A DNA stretch of 64,000 nt, from positions 36,916-100,915 of the IMG/VR virus record IMGVR_UViG_3300048575_000082. One strand, written 5' to 3'. The stretch is from a virus. The notes under the pieces are model-generated. The model was given only the letters and a program-made list of their open reading frames with translations, did no database searches and was not told where the DNA came from. The stretch's first letter is position 1. Each line of letters starts with the position of its first letter. Position numbers and translations under genes: made by a program. Positions 46,300 through 54,892 of the stretch are shown here, in pieces.

Positions 46300-47833
46300 T
46301 GTGCGATCCTTCCCGCGTCCGCTGGTATGTCTGGTCCGGACGGTAGTCTCTTGTGGTATAGTCCCACTTGATGTAGGGGTTATCGGTACGTTCGAAGGTT
46401 TGCCCCGTGTTGGGGAGGTCACGATCTGCATTGTAGTCCACCGATTCGTCACCGGGGACTTCGGATTGGCCTACCATGCCCCCTTTGGGGCCTTCGTAGT
46501 AGTCCGATCGCGCAACGGGCGGTTGGTCATCATTGGGCAGCATTGCGTCAGCCCACACATTGCGGTTGGGCGAGACCTGTACTTCGACACGCCGCGTGGT
46601 GTCTGGATGTTCATTGTCATGGGTAGCGCCACCAGGGTTCTTAGGAAGCCCTGAGGCGGGTCCATTGACGCCCTGTTCCCCTGTGTCAGGGTTGGGCTCA
46701 CCGTAGCCGCCTGCGCCTTGTCCGTGGGCGTCGTTGCCGTTACCGTAGCCAATGCCGAAGTCCCAACCTTCGGTCGGGGTTCGCTCCGTATTGGAATCGG
46801 GTACAGCCGAGGCGGCGTCTTTCCGACATGCCGGGCATAGTCCGTAGCGCGTCACCTTGTGGGGGCTCGCGCATCGGCATTGGCTGATGACGGAATCGCA
46901 AACGAGGCATAGCTCGGTGTAGTGGTCAGCCGTCCGGTTGGTGAGGTTAGCCCAATCAGAGGGGTAGGCGTATTCGTTACCAACGCCCTCTTCACGGGAC
47001 CAGTCATCATTGACCGGGGGCTCATTGCGGTTGTAGGTCCCTGCGGGGCCTTGCCCCTCACCAGGGCCGAGATGGTCAACGCGAGGCCCTGGAAGCGTCT
47101 CTACCGGGATGGTGGAGTTGGCCTGCATGTAGAACTTTGCGACCCGCGCCGCCATAGCCCGAACCTCCGGAGGCAAGGCCAATTCTGAAATCGGAACCTC
47201 CGCGTAGAGGCCAGCCGTCTTGGGGAACGTGTTATTGGCTTCGGTCGTTTCCGAAGCTCCGGGGACCTTTGAGGCAGGACCATCGGATTGCGGCGCGTGG
47301 GGTGTCTTGTTGGGACCCTTATCGTTCGCCTCTTCGATCGCTGACATCTCCTCTTCGGGTTCTTCCTCGGGGTTGTCGAGAAGCTTCTGGCTCTCTTCGA
47401 CGAACCGGGAAACGTCCTCGGCGTCGTTCTGGTCGAGTTGCGCAAGACGGGGGCGCCAATGGGGTCCGTTGATCTCGTCGTGAACAGTGTCGCTGATGAG
47501 GGATAGAGCCTCACAAGCCTCGTAGAGCTTCTGACGCACTTCCTTGACGCCCATGACGTAGCCGCGCCCACCGATCAAACCGTCAGGGCTGATCGAGACG
47601 CTCTTGAGCCTGGTGAATTGGCGGTAGGCTGTAAGGGCATGTCCCAAGGAGACGCTCATAGCCCAGAGCATCTTTGCCAGGGGCTTGAGCGCCCTTGGAT
47701 CGTATGGATGCTCCTTGGGAATGTCACGCTTGTGGGCGCTGGCAGGACCTGCGGCACCAAAGGGCTTCGGCGGGAAGGGCATGTCCCCTGCGGCGGTCTT
47801 CAAGCGAACCAAGGTCTTGTCGTGTGCGCCCAC
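46292..47833 (-). CDS. Modular hypothetical head-region protein
   Basis: 513 aa; RVAKFY tag; short Cys-rich module; disordered C-terminus. Confidence 0.55.
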   Translation of the reverse strand: MGAHDKTLVRLKTAAGDMPFPPKPFGAAGPASAHKRDIPKEHPYDPRALKPLAKMLWAMSVSLGHALTAYRQFTRLKSVSISPDGLIGGRGYVMGVKEVRQKLYEACEALSLISDTVHDEINGPHWRPRLAQLDQNDAEDVSRFVEESQKLLDNPEEEPEEEMSAIEEANDKGPNKTPHAPQSDGPASKVPGASETTEANNTFPKTAGLYAEVPISELALPPEVRAMAARVAKFYMQANSTIPVETLPGPRVDHLGPGEGQGPAGTYNRNEPPVNDDWSREEGVGNEYAYPSDWANLTNRTADHYTELCLVCDSVISQCRCASPHKVTRYGLCPACRKDAASAVPDSNTERTPTEGWDFGIGYGNGNDAHGQGAGGYGEPNPDTGEQGVNGPASGLPKNPGGATHDNEHPDTTRRVEVQVSPNRNVWADAMLPNDDQPPVARSDYYEGPKGGMVGQSEVPGDESVDYNADRDLPNTGQTFERTDNPYIKWDYTTRDYRPDQTYQRTREGSHNG

Positions 47834-47837
47834 AATG

Positions 47838-48101
47838 TCACCCCTTCACAGGTTGGCCGTTGTCGTCGAAGAGCCTCTCGATGAAGAACTTGTCTCCATC
47901 CTTTTGGAGGCTCCATAGCTCCTTCTGGCTGCGATGAACAAGGGTGTCCGCCGAGACCCGAGTGAAGCCCGTAAGGTCTTGAAGCGAAGCTACACGCCGA
48001 CGCATCCTGTGCGGGCGGACCATCTCAGGGTTCTGCTCAAAGCAGGCGTCGATCCCTACGGAGCCCGTGACTTGAATTTTTCCAAGATCGAAATCGCTCA
48101 T
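47838..48101 (-). CDS. Small hypothetical protein
   Basis: 87 aa; ADTLVHRSQKELW motif; GAGG RBS. Confidence 0.5.
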   Translation of the reverse strand: MSDFDLGKIQVTGSVGIDACFEQNPEMVRPHRMRRRVASLQDLTGFTRVSADTLVHRSQKELWSLQKDGDKFFIERLFDDNGQPVKG

Positions 48102-48108
48102 GTGTGCC

Positions 48109-49011
48109 TCACGTAACCACTAGCCGGACGACTACGTCCGCAGACATGTTGTCACTATAACCGCTGATGCGAAGGGTCTCTTCGTAGGTCCCAAGGGCCA
48201 GACCATCGGGCGGTTGAACCAGAACTGTCACAAGTTGCTGAGATGTGCCAGGAATCTGACCGATGGGCGGTGCGAATGCCGAGAGCCAAAGGCTGAGCCC
48301 GGTGAGCTTCTGGATCTGGTAATCAAGAAGCGATGCGGCCAACCCAGTGTTGCGGATCTGGAATCCTTGCGCCGGTATGGGCGCGAAGGACCCCGACAAG
48401 GGCCGCGTAGCATGAAATTCCACAAGGGTAGTAGACAGCTCGATGTGAGCCTTGGGCCGGACGATGATCGTCACGGGGATAGCTTGAGGAGAATTCGAAG
48501 CGCGCGGGTCTTGAACGAGGACAACACCGGAGATGGGGCTGCTTGAAGCCAGGAGATTGGTGGAGTCAACGGTAACGTCGAATTGCGCGGACGCATTGGA
48601 GGCAATCCCTCCCAGCGTTGCGGGGGAGACCGTTATGTAAGCAGCCGAGGTGGAGAGGGCCGCGCTCAAGAGGCTTCCGAATACACCGCTGTTCGTAACG
48701 GTAACGTGCTGCGGCGTCGTGTAGCCCCACCCTTCATCCACTTCGAAGGTCAAGGAGCTTGGCGGACCAGCAAGGATTGACGGGGAGTAGGCGACTTGAA
48801 GCTCCGCGATAGATCCGGCCATCTTAAGGATGATGTCACCGGGGATCGGTGTGGAGTCTCGAAGGACACCCCATGGAGACACAACGTCCAAAACCGTGTA
48901 GGTCGGAGACGCTCCTGAAACATCGACGCGGGTTGTCCAACGCCACACACCCGCAGAGGTGCGCTCTTCAAATTGGTAGTCTTGCTTTCGAAGGCTGGAT
49001 ACAAGAGGCAC
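48109..49011 (-). CDS. BACON/Ig-like domain protein
   Basis: TVTNSG...YITVSP..., IRNTG...WLS... Ig-like strand pattern occurring twice. Confidence 0.55.
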   Translation of the reverse strand: MPLVSSLRKQDYQFEERTSAGVWRWTTRVDVSGASPTYTVLDVVSPWGVLRDSTPIPGDIILKMAGSIAELQVAYSPSILAGPPSSLTFEVDEGWGYTTPQHVTVTNSGVFGSLLSAALSTSAAYITVSPATLGGIASNASAQFDVTVDSTNLLASSSPISGVVLVQDPRASNSPQAIPVTIIVRPKAHIELSTTLVEFHATRPLSGSFAPIPAQGFQIRNTGLAASLLDYQIQKLTGLSLWLSAFAPPIGQIPGTSQQLVTVLVQPPDGLALGTYEETLRISGYSDNMSADVVVRLVVT

Positions 49012-49061
49012 GGCGACGCTCCAATCCTACTGGATGGTCGCCATAAAAGAAAACCCGCAGC

Positions 49062-49691
49062 TCAGGCGCACTCGTCTCCGCCACGCCCTGCCCATTGGGG
49101 GAGCTTGACCTCTCGGAGGATGTTGAACTTCTTACTAGAGATGGCGTCGAAGACCTTTGCGTAGGGCTCAAGCCTAGCATCCACCTTGGCCTTCTCACGC
49201 AAGGTTCGAACAGCGCGGAAGAAGCGATGCCGAACGCGCCCCTGGGTTAGGCCCAGCTTGGTCGCGACCTCGCTCTGACACGTGGTCTGCCACATGCCTA
49301 CCAGAATGTTTATGTCGATGGGGTTGTCAAAGGCGAGGGGGAGGGCTTCGCGGATTTCTTGCTCGGTGAGGCGGGGGATCGAGAGGAGGAACTTGATACG
49401 CTGGATGCCGCGCTCCAACCGATAGCTGATGGCGGCTTGGGTGACGCCGAAGATGATCGCGATGTCCGCTTGGCGCTTCTTCTGGATGAAGTATAGCTCC
49501 AGAAGGTCTGCCTCACGGACGGGGATGCGGGGCAAGAGGGGCACGATTTGAGCCTCATAGCTCGGATCGAGTTGCTCGGCTTCGTCGTCTGTGAGCCCGG
49601 CTTGCTGCTCGGCAGCTTCCAACGGGTCCTCAAACGGCATGGCGCGATTAGCAAGTTGTGCAGGATCAACGGGGTATGTGAAGCTGCTCAT
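49062..49691 (-). CDS. Transcription regulator with two sigma70 region-4-type HTHs
   Basis: LPRIPVREADLLELYF...QADIAIIFGVTQAAISYRL and QSEVATKLGLTQGRVRHRF. Confidence 0.6.
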   Translation of the reverse strand: MSSFTYPVDPAQLANRAMPFEDPLEAAEQQAGLTDDEAEQLDPSYEAQIVPLLPRIPVREADLLELYFIQKKRQADIAIIFGVTQAAISYRLERGIQRIKFLLSIPRLTEQEIREALPLAFDNPIDINILVGMWQTTCQSEVATKLGLTQGRVRHRFFRAVRTLREKAKVDARLEPYAKVFDAISSKKFNILREVKLPQWAGRGGDECA

Positions 49692-49738
49692 CGTTGTCGC
49701 TACCTCGAACCGTGCCCGTCTGGACGGGCTGCCTCAAG

Positions 49739-51652
49739 TTACTTGAGAAAGCCTTGGGGGGACCCGAATAGCGGCTCCACCACCTCTGGCGCCATTTCCA
49801 CATCTTGAATCCGCTCGAGAGCGGCAGTACGATCTACATTCGGAGCAATCTGTGTGACGGAAACGTCGCGTAGGGTCATGAGCCCCACGTTCAACTTCAA
49901 CTGCGCTTCTGCCTCACGCAGCCTAGCATACTGTACCTTTGTTAGACCAGGCAAGCCAGAAGTGAAAATCCCTTCGACAGTACCATGGGAACGAACCAAT
50001 GCCGAGAGAATTTTCACCGGGACACGAGATACGCCTGGGATGTTGTCAGAAGTATCACCCGCCATGGCCCGGAGATGCGGCATTGACGCGGGTTGGACCC
50101 CGTATTCCTCCAGCACACGGTCAACGTCGAAGAAGATCTCCTTGCGCCCACCGCTCTCTGGTACGAGCACAACCGTTGTGGACGTCACCAATTGAAGCAG
50201 GTCGCGGTCAGTGGAAATGATGATGTTCCGGTCATCCTTGAGGGTGCCGCGTACAAGCGAGGCAATGACGTCGTCGGCCTCCTCCTGGGGATTCCAGGCT
50301 TGATGGACGCCGAGGAAGGGCAAGACACCGCGAACAAAGCCTACCTGGTCAAAGCCGTCCGAGGCACGCTCCGGCCGGTTCGCCTTGTAGGCCGAGAAGA
50401 CGTCCTTGCGACGCTGTGACGACCCGTCCCAGCAAACGTGAATCTGAGCGGACGGGTAACGTTTCTTGATAGCGGCGAGGCTTCGTAGGAAGCCGACGAT
50501 GAGCCCGGTGGGGCGCCCCTTGGAGTCTTTGAGGTCCGAGAGGCCGGGGGCGAACCGGCACCGGAAGGCCAGGTTGAAGCCGTCGATGATTACGTTGTCG
50601 AGCATTGTGGACTCCAAGGATGCGATCTGCATCTGTATCTGGTTGATCTCGTTCACCATGGTGGTGACCCGGGTGGCCAAGTCCTTCAAACGAAGCCACC
50701 GTTGGTAGGCCGCCATCATGCGGTCGGTGCTTACCTCTACACTGTACGCCCTGATGAATTCGAAAAGATCGGAGGCGTGGGAGCGCCACCCCTCAAGGCG
50801 TTGCCAACGCTCCAGGAGTGTCGCCAAGGTTGAGGGGATCTCCAAGGGGGGTCCCTCTAGAACACGGATCAGATTCCAAAGTTGAGCCCCTCGCTCCATG
50901 TAGCCGTTGAGACGTATCAGACGGTCCCATCGAAACATGATGGCGTCCGTGCTGAGGGGATAGGACCAGGCTTGAATACAAGCGAAAAGGTCCCTCCCAC
51001 GCTCTCGCCAATGCACAAGCTGCTGTAGGTTGCCGTAGGCCGTGAGCATGGGGGTGGCTTCCGTAGTGCGCCACCGGGCCAGTACGGTGGCCATGTCAAG
51101 CCAAACAGCAAAGCTCCGAATGTGTAGCTCGAGAGGCGTGTACTCCTTACGGGTCTGAATCTGTAAGAAGGATCGAGGAAGTGTCACGATTGACTGCTTC
51201 GACCGCAGCTTGACGTGGACCTGCACCATCTTGGTGTCGGGGTAGTCCTCGATGACCTCTGCCTGGAGGGCCTTGTAGGGGCCAGCCGTGATGAGGACAA
51301 CGTCGCCCACGCAGATCCCTTGGTCGGCCTCAACGTACATGCGACTTCGCAGGCGTTCAATCTCTGAATTGGGGACCGTGGCCAGGGCGTGCCGGGCGTG
51401 GTCGATCAGAAGGGATTGGACGAACCTGCAATTCTCAAGGGATCGGTAGGCAGCGTCGGGCTTGACCTTGCGGACGAAGGCGTACCCTTCGACAAGGTAT
51501 TGGATGACACGATCCTCCCCGATCTGTGTTATCGCCGCAGGTATGAATACATCAGCCCCCTTCAGCGCACCGCTTATAGAGCGCCGAATGATGTCGGGAT
51601 CTTCACCTTCAGCACGGGGGCTTAGCTCTACGACTAGCCAAATTTCGCTCAT
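49739..51652 (-). CDS. NusG-like (NGN+KOW) domain, helical repeats and 5'-3' exonuclease fusion
   Basis: VFIP...LVEGYAFV, VGDVVLITAGPY; then VIIDGFNLAFR, CWDG, YKANRP, EADDVIA, STDRDLLQL, GDTSDNIPGV. Confidence 0.75.
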   Translation of the reverse strand: MSEIWLVVELSPRAEGEDPDIIRRSISGALKGADVFIPAAITQIGEDRVIQYLVEGYAFVRKVKPDAAYRSLENCRFVQSLLIDHARHALATVPNSEIERLRSRMYVEADQGICVGDVVLITAGPYKALQAEVIEDYPDTKMVQVHVKLRSKQSIVTLPRSFLQIQTRKEYTPLELHIRSFAVWLDMATVLARWRTTEATPMLTAYGNLQQLVHWRERGRDLFACIQAWSYPLSTDAIMFRWDRLIRLNGYMERGAQLWNLIRVLEGPPLEIPSTLATLLERWQRLEGWRSHASDLFEFIRAYSVEVSTDRMMAAYQRWLRLKDLATRVTTMVNEINQIQMQIASLESTMLDNVIIDGFNLAFRCRFAPGLSDLKDSKGRPTGLIVGFLRSLAAIKKRYPSAQIHVCWDGSSQRRKDVFSAYKANRPERASDGFDQVGFVRGVLPFLGVHQAWNPQEEADDVIASLVRGTLKDDRNIIISTDRDLLQLVTSTTVVLVPESGGRKEIFFDVDRVLEEYGVQPASMPHLRAMAGDTSDNIPGVSRVPVKILSALVRSHGTVEGIFTSGLPGLTKVQYARLREAEAQLKLNVGLMTLRDVSVTQIAPNVDRTAALERIQDVEMAPEVVEPLFGSPQGFLK

Positions 51653-54363
51653 ACTGCCCTACTGCTCGGCCAAAGACGTTCAAAAGCGATTCTCCATTGA
51701 TCCGGCGTGAGGATCCGGGTTTCATCTTCAGGGGTGTCCACGCTGAAGTTGGGCGGCTTGATGACGGAACGGCCTCGGGGGTGCTCTTGCGGCACGGCCT
51801 TATGGTCCAGCGCCGTGAGCGCCTTTGGGTCTTGCCCCAAGGGTCCGATCCCATCGGCCCGCACATCGGGTCCGGTCGCTTGAACCGGAACGGTGGTAGG
51901 GCGAGCCGGTTGAGGCGCAACAGGAGCCGCTGCCTTCGGCGCTGCGGGGGCCACAGGGGGAGCTGCGGCCGTCACCGGGACTTGTGCCGGTACTTGCACC
52001 TGAATGGCAGGAAGAGGCGCCTGTGCTTGAGGTAGGGTGACAAGTGAGTCGCAGACCAAGCTAATGCGTGTGTTGTAGCGCGCTTTGGCGAACTTGTCCG
52101 CGAGACGGACGACCCCGTCACCGTACTTCTGATGCAGCTTGATAGCCAGGTCGCGATCGACCGTGACGAAGTTGGTGAAGAGACCGTGCGCTAGCCGGAA
52201 GGCGTTCATTGCGGCCTCTGCCATACCCGTAGCGACCTCATCAGGACCTACACGGTCGCAAGCCTTCTCGATAAGCTCGATCGCGGCGGAGGGGTTGTCG
52301 AGGTTGAGCAAGATCTCGTAGTAGGTCGAGACCATGCTCAAGCTCAGGTTCTCCCGGACGCTTTCAAGCGTCACAGGCCCGAGCTGCGCGATCATCCCCA
52401 GCTTGTTGATGATGTCACGGACGTGCCCGTCACAATAGTCGATGACCGTCAGGATGGCGTCGTCGTCACCTTCGACCCCTTCCTTTGTCAGGATCATTCG
52501 CATACGGGCGAGCACGTCCTCACGGTTGATCTTGCGGATCGAGTACTCTTCGCAACGGGAGCGGATCGTGCCACGGATCTTTTCGGGCTCCGTCGTGCAG
52601 AAGATCCCGATCATCTTCTTCTCTTCGAGGGGCTTGAGCAAGACGTCCTGGGAATCCCGGGACATCCTGTGAACCTCGTCAAAGAGGTAGATGCGCTTGG
52701 ACCCCGTCAGGGGCATGAAGGCCAAGTCGTCCACGATGGACCTGACGTTATCGATGGTCCCCTTGGACGCGGCATCAAGCTCAACGTATGAAAGGCACGC
52801 CTCGTCAAGAAAGGCCCGACAATTCTCGCATTCGTTGCAAGGCTCTGGGTCGTTCCTATCGAGGTTCTGGCAAAGCAACGCCCGCGCAAGAATGCGCGCG
52901 AGCGTCGTGTTATGGTTCATGAACCCGTTAGCCGCGAACATCTCACCGTCAGGAACATTGAGGTCGTAGACCTCACACTCACCTTGAGACAAGTCCACCA
53001 CGGGGTCGTAGTAGAACCCGGCGTCCGCAAGGATCTTGAAGTGACCTGTCAAACGCGGGGGGAAGTGATGCAGGATGTAGCCCACCTGCTTGGCGGTACA
53101 GGCGACCTTGCCTCTACGGCACCGGAGGAAGTGGCCAGCCTCGGATGATCGGAGGTCGGATGGGAGACTGGCGTAGAGCTGCGCCACGTGCCTCGCCTGG
53201 AAGGGCACTACGTCGTAAGCATTCTCCAGCTTACGGCGTCCGGTGGTGTGGTCTCCGCGCAAGATTGCCGCCAGAGCTTCCTGCTTGCGCTGCGAGATGA
53301 AACCAATCCTATCAGCGAACTTCTGCAAGCTCGTACGCCGTACCCGAACCCTCCAGTAGAGACCGTACTTGGGGTGCCTCTTTGGGAAGCGCCGTGACAA
53401 GATCCCGAAGCTCAAGAGCAACACTTGCACCTGCCGTGCAAGCTCAGGAGATTTCGTTACGGCTTCCACCACGAAGCCGCTAGCAGAGCCATCAGCCTCG
53501 AAGTAGGCCCGGAGGAATTCAGCTACCACCGGCTCGGGAGACGCCAGGACTGCCCAAGGGATGGTCTTCTTAGCCGCCCCCACGTAATCCACGCCGAGGT
53601 AGGCCAAAAAGCTCCGCAGCTGCACGCGACTACAGCGGAGGTTGGCATTCCCGCTGGAGCCACGTCGGTCAAGTGTCTCCGAGCCAGAGCCTCCGAGCCG
53701 ATCCAGAAGACGCAAAACATCCTCTTTGATCTCCGGATCGGCGCAGGTGACACTCACGTCCGTACGCGTAGCGCAGACGCCGTCACCAGCGAGATAGCCC
53801 ATCAACCGCCCCCAATGGCCGTCCAGGAACGCAGGGGGCTTGAAGGGAATGCTAGAATGATCAGCAGGGAGCGGCTCAAACTGGTACCCGGAAAGATCCG
53901 CACCCTGTCCGAAGAAACCGTAAGGGGCGATGCAGGCAAAGTCCCCCACGGCCAAATCCCCCAGGCGCTTCCAGTCAATGACTCCTTCAGAAGTCATGAC
54001 ACGAATGCGATGCTCTGGCGTACCCTCCAGAGCGTACCCAAGGTAGGTGCGCAGTCGCACCGTCTTGCGTACCCCACCCCGGTAAGTGTACGCAGCCTTC
54101 GCCGGGCCTGACTCCTGCGCAACGGTGACATTGATGGGATCAATCTGATGCTCCCCCATCAACTTCTGAATAGGCAGCAGCCCGCGATCCGTTGGCACGA
54201 GGGTGTCCCCCCGAACACACTTCCCTTGGCCGTGACCGCCCGAGAAGATGTAGCTAGTGTTCAGGGCCGTCCCGGCCTTGAGCCGGGACTTGAGAATGGC
54301 GACAGCGCCCTCTTGCCCGAGAACGTCGGTAAACTTCAGCGGACGATACTTGATGTCCCACAT
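51649..54363 (-). CDS. dnaX: DNA polymerase III gamma/tau-like clamp loader containing an intein
   Basis: KYRPLKFTDVLGQ, GQGK|TTLARI, ELDAAS, LFDEVH, LLKPLEE, TIRSRC, GHVRD. Confidence 0.88.
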   Translation of the reverse strand: MWDIKYRPLKFTDVLGQEGAVAILKSRLKAGTALNTSYIFSGGHGQGKCVRGDTLVPTDRGLLPIQKLMGEHQIDPINVTVAQESGPAKAAYTYRGGVRKTVRLRTYLGYALEGTPEHRIRVMTSEGVIDWKRLGDLAVGDFACIAPYGFFGQGADLSGYQFEPLPADHSSIPFKPPAFLDGHWGRLMGYLAGDGVCATRTDVSVTCADPEIKEDVLRLLDRLGGSGSETLDRRGSSGNANLRCSRVQLRSFLAYLGVDYVGAAKKTIPWAVLASPEPVVAEFLRAYFEADGSASGFVVEAVTKSPELARQVQVLLLSFGILSRRFPKRHPKYGLYWRVRVRRTSLQKFADRIGFISQRKQEALAAILRGDHTTGRRKLENAYDVVPFQARHVAQLYASLPSDLRSSEAGHFLRCRRGKVACTAKQVGYILHHFPPRLTGHFKILADAGFYYDPVVDLSQGECEVYDLNVPDGEMFAANGFMNHNTTLARILARALLCQNLDRNDPEPCNECENCRAFLDEACLSYVELDAASKGTIDNVRSIVDDLAFMPLTGSKRIYLFDEVHRMSRDSQDVLLKPLEEKKMIGIFCTTEPEKIRGTIRSRCEEYSIRKINREDVLARMRMILTKEGVEGDDDAILTVIDYCDGHVRDIINKLGMIAQLGPVTLESVRENLSLSMVSTYYEILLNLDNPSAAIELIEKACDRVGPDEVATGMAEAAMNAFRLAHGLFTNFVTVDRDLAIKLHQKYGDGVVRLADKFAKARYNTRISLVCDSLVTLPQAQAPLPAIQVQVPAQVPVTAAAPPVAPAAPKAAAPVAPQPARPTTVPVQATGPDVRADGIGPLGQDPKALTALDHKAVPQEHPRGRSVIKPPNFSVDTPEDETRILTPDQWRIAFERLWPSSRAV
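52909..54219 (-). mobile_element. Intein with LAGLIDADG endonuclease (437 aa) in DnaX
   Basis: GK|CVRGDTLV...MGYLAGDG...FLRAYFEADG...ANGFMNHN|T. Confidence 0.92.
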
Positions 54364-54397
54364 AGGCGGGGTCCTCTCTCAGGGTACTACTACCCCA

Positions 54398-54892
54398 CTA
54401 TGCCCGTGTGGTCTGCTGTTGTGTAGCCTCCGTGGAGGTTTCAGAGACGATGGCCTGGAGATCGATCTCCTTGGCGATGGAGGTGAAGCCCGCGAGGTCG
54501 TCGTTCCACGCACCGTGACGACGAAGGATGGATGAGAATTCACGAACGTCCGGCTCGCGCAGGGTCCACTTCATGGGGGCGCCTGCGTCTTCTTCGTCCT
54601 CTTCGCCCCAGCAGCATTCAAGCAGGTGGTCGACGAGGGCGGTGCGCTGCTCGGCTGTCATCTCGTTCCAGCGGTCAAGGCCGACCTCCATGAGGAAGTC
54701 GACGTCGAGCAGGTATTCGAGGACGCCGGAGATCTTGCGAACCTTGCCGTTGACGGGCTTGCCGCCCTTCATTCCGGCCTTGTCGCAGAAGACGTACCGG
54801 ATGCGAGCGGTAGCTAGCTCCGGGTGGTAGGTAGGGATGAGCTGGGTTGCCAGGGCTTGAACGGCGTCGGCGTTGTCATAGATTCGAGGCAT
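54398..54892 (-). CDS. Putative phage metallopeptidase-like protein (degenerate motif)
   Basis: ARIRYVF...DFLMEV...W...ALVDHLLEC...PDVREFSSILRRHG. Confidence 0.55.
   Translation of the reverse strand: MPRIYDNADAVQALATQLIPTYHPELATARIRYVFCDKAGMKGGKPVNGKVRKISGVLEYLLDVDFLMEVGLDRWNEMTAEQRTALVDHLLECCWGEEDEEDAGAPMKWTLREPDVREFSSILRRHGAWNDDLAGFTSIAKEIDLQAIVSETSTEATQQQTTRA

Noticed and set aside
46300-46452. N-terminal extension of track ORF 44065-46452
   Set aside because: It overlaps gene 46292-47833; the RBS supports the start at 46299.
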